From: Schmidtea polychroa
Lineage: Eukaryota
Assembly: GCA_044892525.1 (NCBI GenBank)
Contig: CM097885.1
Span: 38,318,001 to 38,382,000, forward strand
Reading direction: 5' to 3'
Length of the DNA stretch: 64,000 nt
A program made the position numbers and the translations under genes. This document shows, one piece after another, positions 41,761 to 57,606 of this stretch. The notes under the pieces were generated by a model. That model saw only the letters and a program-made list of their open reading frames with translations, had not been told where the DNA came from and searched no databases. How positions within the stretch are numbered: the stretch's first letter is position 1; the number at the start of each line of letters is the position of its first letter.

Positions 41761-44700
41761 TATTTTATTATTTATTCAAAATTAAAATACTTTATTTTTT
41801 CTCCTTTGATTCTTTTTCAATTTTTTTAATCTTTTTTTTTAATTTTCGTCGTTGTAATTATGACACAAATTATTGATCCATAGTCTAAAAAAGAAATGAA
41901 CATGAATGATACCCAAATGGATTGATTCAAAGACCTGAAATAAGAACTATTAATAATAAAATTTGGACATCATATTATTGTTGGGATTTGTTGGTTGTCG
42001 GTGTTTTATCAAATCAATAACTACTCTCTGACTCCGAACGTGTTTTATTCAACAACAATAACAATTCAAAACACAATAACTTTATTGAATACCACAAATG
42101 GTTATACCAATTACAATGACACAAATTACTCAATGAAACTGAAACGTATTCAAATGCTTATTACAACCCTTCAGGAGGAATAGCACTTTAGGAATACTTT
42201 AATTATACGACCACTTAACTGCTACTGGTGTCTGACATCTCGCACAATTAATCCGGTTACTTTCCTGCCTCGATTTAGGACTTTAACAATTTCAACTTGC
42301 TACTTCGATTATCTGACTTATTGATTCAACGATTATATTACTTTTTCTATTTCTCTTTGGTAGTTTCGTTTTAACTTTTATTAATTACTATTTCGATTTC
42401 ACTTCTTCGTTTTTCAAATTCTCAATATTTCGTCAAGTAAACTTAATTTTTTTTATATTATAAATTTACTATCACTACCCACACTTTTATATAAACTGAG
42501 CAAATTTATAAACGATAAACTTTTCGGCTGACATTTTGAACGGCTCTTGTTTTGAAAAAACAATAACTCCTCATCTGGTGCCCCAATTGGAATCATCAAA
42601 TAATATTTTTTAAACAAATTATTAATTAGTTGAATAATTTTTATTTTTCTAGTAATTTTATTTGGGGATCCACCATCAATTTTTAATAAATACGTTCTCC
42701 TTTAAGAACATTTTTTTTCCAATTTCACCACTGATTTCTTTTCCATTGTATTTATTAAGAGAGCTTGACTGTGAATCAGTACAAATTTTGATGTCAAGCT
42801 TAATAAATTTAAATAAATTAAATAAATTCAAGTACGTTAAAACAAATAGAAAAGGACAGATCTTTTAAAGTGATGGATTATGATATAATTATATTATAAC
42901 TAATATTTTTTTTTCTTTTTATATCAATTTCCTATCTATTGTTTAGATATTGATGGAGAGGACCCTCAAAAAACATAATATTACTCATTACGGATCCATA
43001 ATAGATTAAATCGGCTTTGGGCTAGAATACAGAATATCATATAAAAATATGCCGTCGAAATCCTAAAAATTACGAATGAAAATAAAAACACATGAAATAA
43101 TTTCGTTGATTATAATTCGAGACCTGATAAGTTGTTGAAGAAAATCTGGATTAGAAATTATTCTTTGTAGTAAATTCGACAAATTTCATTTCAATATAAA
43201 CAAAAATAACGAAAGACAAAATTTATTCTAAAAACTAATTAAAAAATAGCAAGAAAAATTACTAATGATAAAAATGCGGGGTGGCAAGTGCAGCGGAAAG
43301 GGAACAATATTTTACTCGAAAATTTTTAAACCAAATTATGAGAGAAATATTTAAATATTTTCACACACAAAGGCGGGCTCATAAAAAAAGAAACGAGAAT
43401 CAAGTGTCCCTGAAGAATTTGTCATCGTATTAACGGTTACTTCCACCCTCCCCTCCGAAGACTATTTATTCCTTGAAGGCTAAAATTTTGTCTTTGACAA
43501 GAGATTGGCTCTGTTGTTTGTGTCAGTCTGACAATACTTCTAGTTTAATTATTATTTAATAAAGATTATCATTGTAATAATCGAAAAAAATTATTTTTTT
43601 TAAACATAAACTAAAATTATATTTTTTCTTTCCAATATAATTTCAATTTGATTAGGTGAAATAATAGAAAAATCTATTAATTTTAAATTTCCATTAATTT
43701 CTTTTAATATCTGAGATAACTTTTTTTCACAGTTTGAAATCAATTTAACTTTTTTTCATGAAATTTGAAATCAATATTAAAAAGATTTTCATTTGTTTTG
43801 ATTTTTTAAATTCATTGTGAAAATCTTTGGATTTTTTTTACAGTTTTTAAAAAATTTTAAATCAATATTTAGAATAATAAATGATATAAGATATTTTATA
43901 ATTTAATTTTAAAATTATAATTTTTATTTTTTAAAATTTTTATTATTTTACATCTCTATTTCTAATAGAATGATTGATCCTAATTTCTTATGTTTATCAA
44001 TAGCTATTTCTTTAAACGAAGACTGAATCCCTGATTAGCAGACCTTTCTGGCTAACCCGTAAAAGCAAAAGCAGCATTAAATTTACCCACTTCCTCATAA
44101 TTTCTTGGTTTATAATCAAAGTTGAAAACATGCTTCAGTAATAATGTTTTTAAAAGCACGATTTAAAAACCTTAGAAAACTTATTTACCAAAAATAGTAT
44201 TAGAAAGAATTTTAAAATCAAAGTTCTAGCAAAAAAAATTTAAACTCCATCTAAAAAACTTATAACTGAAAATTTCAGTGCAATGAATCTTATTTAAAAA
44301 AATCCTAAACCTAATAATGAAAAGAATAAGGAAAAGAAACATGCCAAAAATGTTAAAAATCATCTGACAAAAATCGTAAACAAATGAGAAAATTTATATA
44401 TAAACAACAAGGTAAATTTATTGGTGCACTGAAACCTTTGGCATTATCATTATTAGGTGGAGTAATAGGATGCCGGTCATAAAAAATGAGTGCTAACCCT
44501 TCATTACCCAATGTTAAATTAAAATATCCTGAGAAAAAAACATTAAAAATCGTTAAAATTAAATATTTTTTCTTACCCCGGAAGGTACTTGATCTACTTA
44601 CTAATGTTTAAATAAGACTGGATATAATTAAACACGCTCATCAACTGTCATCTAATATATTTTCCAGTTACTTATCTAAACTATGTCACGCGAATGTGAC

Positions 44701-44909
44701 TATACAGCATATTAAATTTGGAAATGGTGTAACATTCATTCATCTTTCAATCATTTAAATATTAATTTAATAAAATATCTTCAACTAACTTTCATTGTTA
44801 AAATTTTTAGATTCAATAATTTAATTCAATCTACATTATACACTTCGATTGTTTGTCCTTAATACTAATTACTAATAATTATTGATTTTCCTTAATTGGT
44901 CATTCGAAT

Positions 44910-44915
44910 AATAAT

Positions 44916-44989
<74 letters not shown>
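44910..44989. repeat. (AAT)n microsatellite
   Basis: Direct inspection. Confidence 0.97.
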
Positions 44990-44991
<2 letters not shown>

Positions 44992-45671
44992 TACTTAAAA
45001 GATCATTAAGAATAAAAATAAAAATATAAATATTTTTTAAAAATATTTAAATTGCGCATATAATAAGTTATTGGAAACTATATTTTTATGAATATTTTAA
45101 CATATTTATCAAAAGAGGTTTCTATGAGCAATTATAGAAGCTTTAAAAATTAAAAAAAAATTTTTTAGTTTTTTGTTTTGAATTTTAGAGGATATTTAAC
45201 AAAAATATTTTTAAATTTTTAAATTCTCCAGAAAAAGTTTATTATTATTTATAACCAATTAGAGGTAAGAAAAAGGAAATAAAATAGAAGGTCAGAAACA
45301 TTTGAAAATAGAGCAAACTAAACTCCAGGGAATTGAAAAGGACTATCTTATAGCTAGTCTACTATTGGGATTTGCACTGGTTGTAATTTACACAGCTTGT
45401 AATATTTACATTATTTTAATGTTAGACATCCGTAAAAAAATATTTTACACCATTACAAGTTAAAAATGCTAAAGGTTTACAGATGCACTTGTAAACAGTT
45501 TCTGTGTATAGACGGAGGCGAATAATGATTTTTCATACGCCACCTTTACAAGTTTGCAGATATTTTTTCTGTGATTTAGCTAATTTGCAAGTGATGTAAT
45601 TTCCAGTGTAGCAGGGAAAGTATGCAATAGAGTTGAATCAGCAATATTGTATACTTACCTGGCGCGAAGAG

Positions 45672-45784
45672 AATTATAAATGATAATTTCATAATTGCCA
45701 TCGTACTAGAAAAGTATCTCACAAGTAAATTCAATAATAATTATTATTATTATAATTATTATAATAATAATAATAATAATAATA

Positions 45785-45843
<59 letters not shown>

Positions 45844-46108
45844 CATTATTTTAAACAATTAAATGATAATTTAAGCCTTTTGTTGCAAATAATATATTTA
45901 ATACAAAGGGAAAAATTTTCAACTATAAGATATTATAAACCTTACAAGTTTTGTGATACTCAGACTAGACTTGTGATAGCAGACTAGTCTGAGTATCACA
46001 AAACTTGTAATGTTTATAATATCTTATAGTTGAAAATTTTTCCCTTTGTATTAAATATATTATTTGCAACAAAAGGCTTAAATTATCATATAATTGTTTA
46101 AAATAATG

Positions 46109-46170
<62 letters not shown>

Positions 46171-46258
46171 TATAATAATAATAATAATTATTGAATTTAC
46201 TTGTAATTTGAGATACTTTTCTAGTACGATGGCAATTATGAAATTATCATTTATAATT
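45672..46258. repeat. Large near-perfect palindrome (arms ~297 and ~275 nt, 15-nt loop)
   Basis: 45672-45968 is reverse-complementary to 45984-46258, including mirrored (ATT)n/(AAT)n tracts. Confidence 0.95.
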
Positions 46259-46425
46259 TTGTAATTATTTCACTGCCTGATGACTGGCTCAACAGTCAAT
46301 TTGCTAAATAAATACAAAATTTAGAAGTAAATAATCTCCTGTAAAACTATGTTGATAAATAATGTTTTCGCAAAGTAAAAGCGATTGACTTGGCCATTGA
46401 CGATAACAAAGTCAATTTTTAATAA

Positions 46426-46610
<185 letters not shown>

Positions 46611-47126
46611 ATTAAAAAATTCAAAAAAGTAAACTATTTTATTTAAAAAATCTTTCCTTTGTCACTCAAGAAGAAGCAAAAAATCCCATTGATCTTCCTA
46701 TAGGTTCTTTGTATAATATTTTTATAATGTTGTAATTATCTATACTAAAGATTAACGTTTCACTGATTTTCTTTTCAAACCTTTGATCTAATGAAAATTT
46801 ATATTAAAGATTTAATTTTGTTTATAAAGAATACAATAATAATTTTTTTAAAATTTGAATTTACAATGTGTTTTATTAATGTTTAAGTTCTGAAATATGA
46901 ATTATTTTGAATTTTCATCTGCCATTCAATGTTTAAATATCAATTGTAAAAATAAATGTATAAAATATATTTTAAAATATTTTTATCACTTCGTTTTCAA
47001 GACTCTTTTAACCAGACCTAAAATTTTGAATTCAAAAACCCTTGCCTTGTCACATTTAAATTTATCTAAAAAGCGAAATTCCAATACTTGATTCGTGAAT
47101 TTATTTATTTTTCATTAGATGAAAAG

Positions 47127-47127
47127 A

Positions 47128-47220
<93 letters not shown>

Positions 47221-47244
47221 TATAATAATAATAATAATAATAAT

Positions 47245-47301
<57 letters not shown>

Positions 47302-47319
47302 TATTATTATTATTATTAT
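47127..47319. repeat. (AAT)n switching to (ATT)n
   Basis: Direct inspection. Confidence 0.95.
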
Positions 47320-48455
47320 GCTCACTAAATTATAATTTATTACTCATCACTGGCAAAGAATTTGAGTGGTGAAAAAACAAAATAAAAAATAAAAGCTGTC
47401 AATATATTGTAGACGACATTCTAACAGACAATAACCCATCTAGAATTGACAGGTGTATTTTTCATTAGTTTTCCTAGCATGAATTCAAGTCAATTTTGAA
47501 ATGTTTACAGAAATCCCAAGGAGAAAAAATTTCATGTAAAGTTTTCAGATTTTGTTAATATTTGTTTTAATAGATTTTTGTTAAAATTTTCAATGGGAAT
47601 TTTTCTAATTTTACAATAACTATAAATTTACCAATTGTTTTACAATATTTTTATTTCAATAACTTTTAATTTCCCAATTGCCCTTTTATTTTCCAATTTC
47701 TCTAAAGATTTTTCATTTTTTTACCAAGGATTGTCAAATCTTTCCTGCATTATATATTAATTAATAGCTAATTAATAAAAAAATATTTTTTTCTGTATTT
47801 ATTTGTAACTGTATTTTTTAAACGTTTAATTATTAATCTTTTTTTTATTGATATTTTAACTAGTTTTAATAACTTTAAAAATAAAAAACAGAAAAAATAG
47901 TAAAATAAAATCTCAATTAAAATATAATTTCTTCCATAATAAACGCAGCTACCACTACGAGATCCAGAAAACATGAAAGAAAAACAAATGTTGAAATAAT
48001 GAAAATACCTGACCAAACTATATATTCTCTAGTTTTTACTAAGCCGATTGATATATTTTAATCCAACGTTCCCAGATGTTTCGTAGCCATCGAAACGGAA
48101 AAATTCGTAATGGAAGCTATAACACTACTTTCAATAATTCGAAAACAGTAATTATTTCAAATTCCAGCAGATAATTATATTTTTGTGAATTAATAATGAA
48201 AGAGAATTATTTCCCTACAAAATTCTGCCACTCTAATCCCATGTGTCCATGAAACATACAAACCTTTCTAAAAAAATGACACATATATAAAAAATATTAT
48301 TTAATATTCCATTTCCTTATAATGAAAGGAACATTAATGAACTTTTAGATTTTTAAATTTGAAAAGAAATCTGAGATTTATATGCCCTAATATTATTTTT
48401 TATTTCATTTAATTTGTATAAAAAGATAAGAAACTGAAAATTTATTATTTTTTGA

Positions 48456-48609
<154 letters not shown>

Positions 48610-49194
48610 GCTATTATTAAAAACAATAAAATGAATATTTTAGCCTTTTGCTGCAAATAATGTATTTAATAAAAGAATTTTCGACTATACGATAGTCCTT
48701 GTCAATCTCCTGGAATGTTCTTCCCCAAAATACCTTTCAATCTTTCTTTTATTTCCTTTCTCTTAATTCTCATTGGTTGTAAATATAATGAATTGTTTTA
48801 CTAAAAACTTTTAAAATTTTTACATTTAAAATTTCAAAATGACACAAACTAAAAATTTTTAAATTTTTTATAATTTTTTATTTTTTATTATATTTTTTAT
48901 AATTTTTTATAATTTTTTATTTATTATTATAACACCATTTCCAAATAGAATCTGCTATTATCAGGCAACTAGGACTTCATATTCATGTGACATTTTTTGT
49001 GGTTGCATTCACCTTTTTTCATGAATTAAAGCTGCCATAATATTTCTTTTGCCTTGATTGCTCTTTAACAGGTGTACTATTCTCCATTTGCGATGAAATG
49101 GAGTTAATTTATTATAGCTGTTTAGAACTGGCTTTCAAGTAATATTATTAATTTTATGTAAATTTTAAGGTTTAAATTTTGATTTTATATAAAA

Positions 49195-50375
49195 ATGAGA
49201 TCATTATTCAAGCTCTTAAATTTTACTTTTTTAACATTTTTATTATAATTAATTTTAATTACATTTCAGCTCTTTTAAGAATGAATTTTGAAATCATTTC
49301 TATTTAATGTAAGTTAGGTATATTTTTGACTATAATGTACTTATGAAAGTAATCACAAAATATATCTATTTTTAACACATTTAGAGAAGGAGTGGCGTGG
49401 CGTACATGAATAAATTAATTTTTTAAGTTTTTGTAATTTTAATTGATTTTTCAAAAATATAAAAATAGCGAGTTTTGAGACCATGCAATTTTTTTGAAGC
49501 AGGAAAATGCGCATTTCTTCCAAGGAATCATTAAAATTGAATTCTACAAAATCCAACAATTTATTTCTCTATTCTTCTAAAATAACTTGTTTGTGGCCAT
49601 CTCTTTTTCGTTTGGAAATTTCTCCTTTTTTTGTATTTGTTAATGATTATTCGAACGTTTAGTGACTTCAGTAATCTTCCAAAATCATAGTAATCTTCAC
49701 CATTTTCCAAAGCATTAATTATTCGAATATTGTCATGTTCTGAAATTCTATCACAATATTATTTTTTAATTAATTTTTCACGAAATCAAAAAGGTAGAAG
49801 TACTTGGTTGAATATTTGAAATAAAGGCAGCGTTTTCATAGAAATATCTGACATTATATAGAAACATTTGCAAACAAGAAAGTTTTTGTGTTTCGATACT
49901 ATAACTTTATTGATTTCATTTTATATTATAGCAGTTTTTATTCTTTGTGTGGTCATTTGTCCTAATGATATTTGTGAATACACCCAATTCCGAAATTTAG
50001 TCACCTCTATAATACACGCTGGTGTGCACACAAGTTGAAGTGACTCACCATTCACGTGAAAATGAAATTTAAAACTTCATTTATTCAATTTCTAAAAATG
50101 GTTTTTAGGTAATTTTTTTTATTTAAAGTAACTTTTAAGACTTGAATTTTAATTTTATATAATTATGAGATCATTATTCAACTTCTCAAATATTACTATT
50201 AGTCAGCATTTATAATATAAAATATTGATAATTAAATTTCAGTGTTTTTTAGGAATTTTATGAAATTAATTGGAATTATTTCGATATAATGTAAGTCAAA
50301 TATATTTTTAACTATAAATAAATAAAGTAATCACCGAAAACATTAATTTTTTAATACAATTAGGAAAGAAGGAAA
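49195..50375. repeat. Diverged ~200-nt direct repeat (~49195-49390 / ~50165-50375)
   Basis: Colinear anchors atgagatcattattcaa, atttcag, taatgtaagt, tatattttt.actataa and aaagtaatcac. Confidence 0.7.
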
Positions 50376-53116
50376 GGCATTAATAAGCCGAATTTTGTCA
50401 TTTTCTGTATATCTATGAAAATATTAATTTATTAAAATAATTTATTTAAATTTACGAATTGCGAATTTCCTTCTGCAAATTCTAATGTTTTGTAATTTAA
50501 TGAATAAATCTTACATTGTTAGATTTTCACCTTCGCGAAAAGGCGGTGTATTCTGAGAAATATCTGTAAATCTAAAGAAAGTTTATATTCTAAATTATTT
50601 TATAATTAATTTTACGATGTATTTTAGTCTTTTTCTCTGAAGCTCAAGGTAGAGCTGTCCGATTCTAAATTAAAAGTATTTTCCTGCATAATTTGAAAAT
50701 AATTATATGTTAACAATATGTTAATGGTTATTTTTTCGGAACAAAAAACGCTATAATAAATTTGCATGCATTTTTCATTATGTATTTTGTGTTGGTATGT
50801 TCAATTATTTTTCTGTCACCTTCTCAATTCCTATAATAAAGTTATTAAATTTCGGAACATTAAATTTCTACACACAGGTGAGTTTTTGTGTTCCTATACT
50901 ATAAATTTATTTTTACCTGTATATAGCAGATTGAATTTGAAAAAGATGTAATAATTATAATAATAATAATAATAATGAAAATGAAATATTAAATATTAAG
51001 AAACTTCATATCATGCCTTTATTAAAAATAATTGAAAAACTCTAATCATTAGTTCGAAAATAAACAGTGCATATAAACAAATCATTAATTGAAATATGAG
51101 ATAATGGGAAAATTCTACTCGTATCAATTATGAATATAAATTTGGTGGAATTGCAAAAATTTCATATTATTTCTTCCTAATTGTAATATTAAACTAAATC
51201 AAACAGTAAAAAATATTTGATATTAGAGCGCCAAATTTTGGTTTGTGTAGAGAAATAACGTGTTTTTATAAAGTTTTTTTTAGATAAAATAATGGTTATT
51301 AGTTTGGAAGCAGATTGAATATTGAAAAAATTGTTTTATTTTTTTTATTTGAAATAAATTGCAAAAATTTACATCTTTCTTTTGGAATGTTTTGAAATAG
51401 TAATTAAATAACAAAATAAAAAAAATAAATAAAATAAAAAATAAAAATAAAATAGACCCCTGTGCATAATAATGTTATTTTCCTTATATCACGATGAGGG
51501 TTAATAGGATACATGACGAGATTAAGGGATTTTTTAATTATATTTTTAAACTCATAGACAAGAAAATTTTTTAAGAAAATAAATAATCATAATAAATAAA
51601 AACAAATATTAACAATTATTAATAATTGCCAAGATAAAATTCTGATCTAAATATTTGGCATGTCAGTTAAAAGCAAAGTATGTTGTGATATTCGATGCCA
51701 TTTCTAACGACAAATTTCTTATTGTTTGCTTCCATTTTAATAAATTTATTTTCTCCTAAGATCTGATTTTTTACGTTTTACTTTTATTTATTTGATTTTC
51801 TTTTTAGGAATCTAGTGGGAAATTCTATTTAACCTCCTCCACTATTTTATTTTACTTTTACTAACATCATATTTTTTTTGTTTTGATAGCTTAATTAGAT
51901 AGATAAACTAGATTCCTTTAATAGGTGATTTAGATTTTTAAAAATTAAAATTTAAATTAAAAAATTGCAAAATAAATTAATTAAATTGTTTACTTAAATA
52001 AACGAAAGTAACTTCGGTTACTCTCGGTAATTCGGCTTGTTTAATAAATGTTTAATCCATATTTTAAACTTTCCACATTTTACATTCAAAAATAAATAAT
52101 TTGTTTTAATCTTTACTCAAAACACTTTTTAAATCAAATTTCCAGAACCCATCTCCTTAAAGGAACTGGAGTATTCTTCTAATTTCGTCCATTTTGAAAA
52201 TATGTTTCATATGAATAAGTTAGAATTACAAATATATTAATAATAGATTAATAAATAAATTATTTTCATATTTAATTTTTTGGTGTAAAATATATACAGT
52301 GTAAAACATGGATTGGACAATAAATATATATTTATTATTGATGTTTAGATACTGAATAATTACAATTAATTAAAACTATTAAATTTAATTAATTTAATAT
52401 AAATTTAATTAATAATAATTAAAATGAAAACAAACAATGAAATAAAAAGTAAAAAAGTTTAAATGATTGAAAACATTGGTAACAGAAACACGAATAAAAT
52501 ATCTTATAAAACTTGTAGGAGTACCTCAAATATTATACAAATGTATAAAAAGATAGTGTCGAACATTACAAATCAACTAATGAGAAGCAAAAAAATACAT
52601 CAAATTTTATATGCAATAGAAATATTTAAAAAGGAACTCAATTAAATCAAATTACTATATATCTAATTTATTTTTGTAATTATTATATTAATTAATTTTT
52701 AACTTATTGTTATAAATGCAATTATCATGATGTCATTTTGCAATGAAATACAAAATATGTTACCGAATGTGATTGCAATAATTAGTGAATCACTGCAATT
52801 TCTAAATTTTTTTATCGATTAAAACAAATTAAAAATATTCAAACATAATTTAATTAAAGCAATTTGTTATGGCTTTATATTAAATAATAAATTTAAATAT
52901 TCAATCTATTCTTTAATATAATACTGAAGAATAGTGACAGAAAGAGAAGAGAAAGATAAAAAACAGGAAACCAGCCCAATGAACTAGAGCAGGAACTAAC
53001 AATATAGGTTAATATTTAGGAAATCAAAATTTGCGATAAATTTCAAACAGAAATAATTTCATCACTAATAATTATTGTTGAAACTTTTCATGAATAATTT
53101 CCCAAATAGTATACTA

Positions 53117-53350
<234 letters not shown>

Positions 53351-56300
53351 GATTTACTAATGATTGAATGATTTGTTAATTAATTAATTAATAATTCATA
53401 ATATAAAATTTGAATTCTAGATACAATGGCGTGTTTATAATTTAATTACATGAAAGGTTTGAAGATTATTTTTATTATGTAGTCTTATCTCGTTTCGAAA
53501 AATATTTTAGTCATTTAGTTAATGTAAGAGCTTGAATTAATTACCAATTTATTTAAACAACATTATTATCAATTAATATTTGTATTCAAAAACAAATATA
53601 TAAATTCATTAACTTACCAATTTATTTTTCTTATAAACATGAAATAAACAAAAGTGATGAATTGCACTTAATGTATTTGTTTATACGCAACAATTATTTA
53701 TTCTGAAAGTTTCTCTTTGATTTCTTCTGCTTCCTTGAAAAATATCAATATTAATTATTGATTTATATCGAAATTCAGAAATTCTGCCAATAATCCGCAT
53801 AGAAATTAATAAGAATTCCATATAAAACTTAATTCCGAAAATTCTTGAGTAAAAAAAAATCCTAAATCGCATAAACTTATGATGATGGTTGCCTAATTGA
53901 AGAATTCCTAGGGAAATGAAATTTTATTCTTTGTATTCAATCTTCAAAGAACAGTTATTATTTTTCAAGCCTATTTCATGCCCAGCAATCATTTGTGGGA
54001 ACAAATAGAGAAATAGCTATAAAGAAAATCATTTATTTGAATTTTATTATACGAGTTTCCCTTATTTTCTGATTATGGTAATAATGAAATAATTTTGATG
54101 ATTTTTCTAAAAGACTTTTTTTCTTCACTACTATTAGATTTGAAAAGTAATGAGTAAAAATATTTTTGAAAATTGATTATTTCGGTGAAAAACGATTCCT
54201 GAGGTATCTGATTTGTAATTAGGATATTATTTATTATTCCCACCTGCAAATCCACGATAACTGAATCGATTTGGAAATGGAATTGAATATTTTCAAAATG
54301 CAAATTAGTTTTTTCCCTCCTTGACGTTCATTTAAATCATGACAAAAATTTCAATTAATTTTGTCATAAAACTTGAAATTATTAAGTTTTGTTTAAATGC
54401 ATTCATAATTGAATTTTTATTTTTATTAACAGAGTCTTACAATATTTTTGCTAATCGCAGCATCACACCCTTTATTATTTTTATTTGTTCTTTTCGCTCT
54501 CTAGACATGAATGCATAAAATGAAAGAGTCTAATTTGGCCTTCCAGGTATTTCTTTCCTGAAACCACCACACCCAGTTAGGAGATAGTTTTCACATACTA
54601 AATTTCTCATTCAACATATATTTTAATGATATGGGAAAATGAAATATAAAATAAATTATTTTTAAATACTTTTTTATTTTTTATAAAAAAGCTATATTTT
54701 TCATTATAGGAGTAGGTGGTAGGGCGTATCATTAAAACAACAAACTAATATCAGAAAATTAAGAAAAACAATTTAATGAACAATTTTTAAAAATTTTGAA
54801 AAATTTAGAAATGTAAATATTTATTAAATGAGAGGAGTATTAATATTATTAATAATAATTATCAATTTATTATTTTATTGGAAATAGTGAGTATAATTTT
54901 GGAAAAAATTGGTTTAGGCTATTTTTAGTCAAACGATATTTTCATATTTATTTGACAAGGTTTATTAATGTTTGCCTATATATCAAACGCAACCCTTAAA
55001 ATATCTCAATATATGAATAAAAAGTCTTTAAAAATATTGTCATAATATAATATTATTCAACAATAAATTTTATTGAGAAAATGAATGTTTAGTTTTTAAA
55101 TATTGAAATATTAAAACAATTAAAGATTTAAAATTTTTATTAAATACTAATAACCAATATATTCACAACATTATGTTATCAATTAATTAGAAAGTATTTG
55201 TTTTGATAAAAATTTAAGTTAATATCATGTAATAATACTGTAATTGTTTTACTTGTTTAATGCTGCGAACTAGATTTAATAATAAAGATTTGAATTTTCA
55301 TCTTTTATACCAATGAAAATGATAACATTTTCAATAAAATAAAAAAATTTCTGAAACCGGAATAATGTACCTCTCATAAATGTATTAATTAAAAAAACCA
55401 TTTTCATTTTGGCCTTATGAAATTTGAATTATCTATAATCAAACTTTAAAGAAAATTATTAAAAAATAAAAAAATCATATTTAAAATCGAAATAAAAAAT
55501 GTTCATTAATAAAATTATTTTAATTAAATATTGCAATTTATAAAATATATATTAAAATTACATTAATTTTTGAAAACATAACCCACACAAAATTATTTAC
55601 AGTATTATATATTTTTTATAATTAAACCAGCACCTAGAAGCACGTATAAACAAAATTTTTTTAATTTGAAATATATAATTAATGAAAACATTGGTAATAT
55701 TAATAGTTGAAACAATGAATAAAAAAAACAAATAAATTTCATGCAGTAAAATGGTCTCGAATTTGTTTGTGTTCCATTTGGATCCAGAATAATGGTACCA
55801 AATAGTCCAAAATATGTCATAAATGACATCAAAAAATATCTTGCGGAGGTTTCTGTTGTTCAGACACCGACTACTAATGCAAGTTTGATCAAACAATTTT
55901 CATTTAATCAAATTAAAAATTTAATGTTGCCAGGGATTTCAAGTCTGCAATAAAAAACTGTTTGGGTATGAAAATTGTGGTAAACCGGACATTCAATTAT
56001 TAAAAAAATATATGTTAACGGTTTTTACAATTGCTTCGTAAAACGAATTGCATTTTTCAGTCAAACTGATATTAACCAGGAAATCGGCCCATTAAGGCAT
56101 ATTTTCGTTGATTATATTTTGTCAAATCTTGGATCTTGTGAGAGATCAGAAATAGAATTGAAATCTGATTAACTCCAATATGCTGTTATTCTTGAGGCCT
56201 TCAGCTACTGATCAGATGAAGAATTCAAGGAATTTTAATAAAGATTCCTTTCTAGTTTCTTTTTATAAATTATTCACACTTCTTTTGTATCCTTAATTAT

Positions 56301-57606
56301 AATACTTATTTTTTTCGATTCTACACCAACGATAATAGGCCACTTTTAGCATTAAATATTACTCTGTAAATATTTGTCAAAGACTTTCATTTACAGAAAT
56401 ACACACACACACACACACACAAAAATTAGTTTTCCAAAAATAATGAAAAAGAGTTACAAAGACAAAAATATTGAAAATATATTTTAGGTTAAAAAAATTT
56501 GTCCAGAAGCAATTGAAATATAATCGGAATTTTGGAATTCACTTCTCAGTTTTGGAAAAAAATATAAAATCAGCAATAAAAAGTCATCGTAGACACGGTT
56601 GATATAATAACATATTATTATACGCAATTACATACAGAACATTTGTCAACTATTTGACAGTTTAATAATAAAAAAACTCTAGACACGCCCGCCATTTCTG
56701 TTATAATTGGGGAAAAATAACCTAAATAAAAGCAAATGTTCCTATTGAAATATTGGTAAGTGTAATTTAGGATATTAGTAAATGAATAAAATATATAAAT
56801 AAAAAATTAAATAAATAAATATATAAATAAATATATTAAATAAATAAATAAATAAATATATAAATATATAAATAAATACATTAAATAAATAAATACATAA
56901 AAGAAAAACTATTATAATAAATAATGGTTAAAAACAAATAAAATTAACTTTATCATTAAATAATTTATAATTTAACAAAATTACAATATTGAATTAAACT
57001 AATTAGAAAATAATTATTATATAGACAATAGTAAATGACAAGTGACTGACAAGTGAGTCAATTGGATGAAAATTTGCAACATAATAAAACAAAAAGTTTA
57101 CTTTTCGGTAAGGCTTGTTCTGACCATTGCAATAAATCGGTAAAAATAACTCCAATTGTTACATTTTTTCAACAAACAATAGAAATAAGTTTAATAAATA
57201 TTTATAGGAAAATTTTATATAGTTCTTCGTGCCACGGCTGATCAGTGACAAAAATATAATCATAAACATTCTTTGCTAAATAGAAAATGTAGAAACAACG
57301 TTAAATTTCTAACAGTAGAAAACAAGAAACAATGTGACAATTATTAGGATGATAGGCAACGTTTGTCGGAGTAGTTAAAACAAAATATTAGTATAAATTT
57401 TTATAATTTCAATACTGGTTAATTTGGACATATCAATGATAATTTGGTGACATCTGAAATTCCAACAAAAATTATTTCTTATTTTGTGTTTTTACAGAAT
57501 GAAGAGAAGATAAAGAAACAATCGAACACAAAATTCTCAAGATTTTAAAGAAATTATAAATCTAAATTTCTTGCAACAGTTGATTACTAAAATTTCAAAT
57601 TCAACA

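Noticed and set aside
41979..42533. Possible solo LTR (TGT..ACA with minus-strand AATAAA)
   Set aside because: No matching TSD or convincing terminal inverted repeat found.
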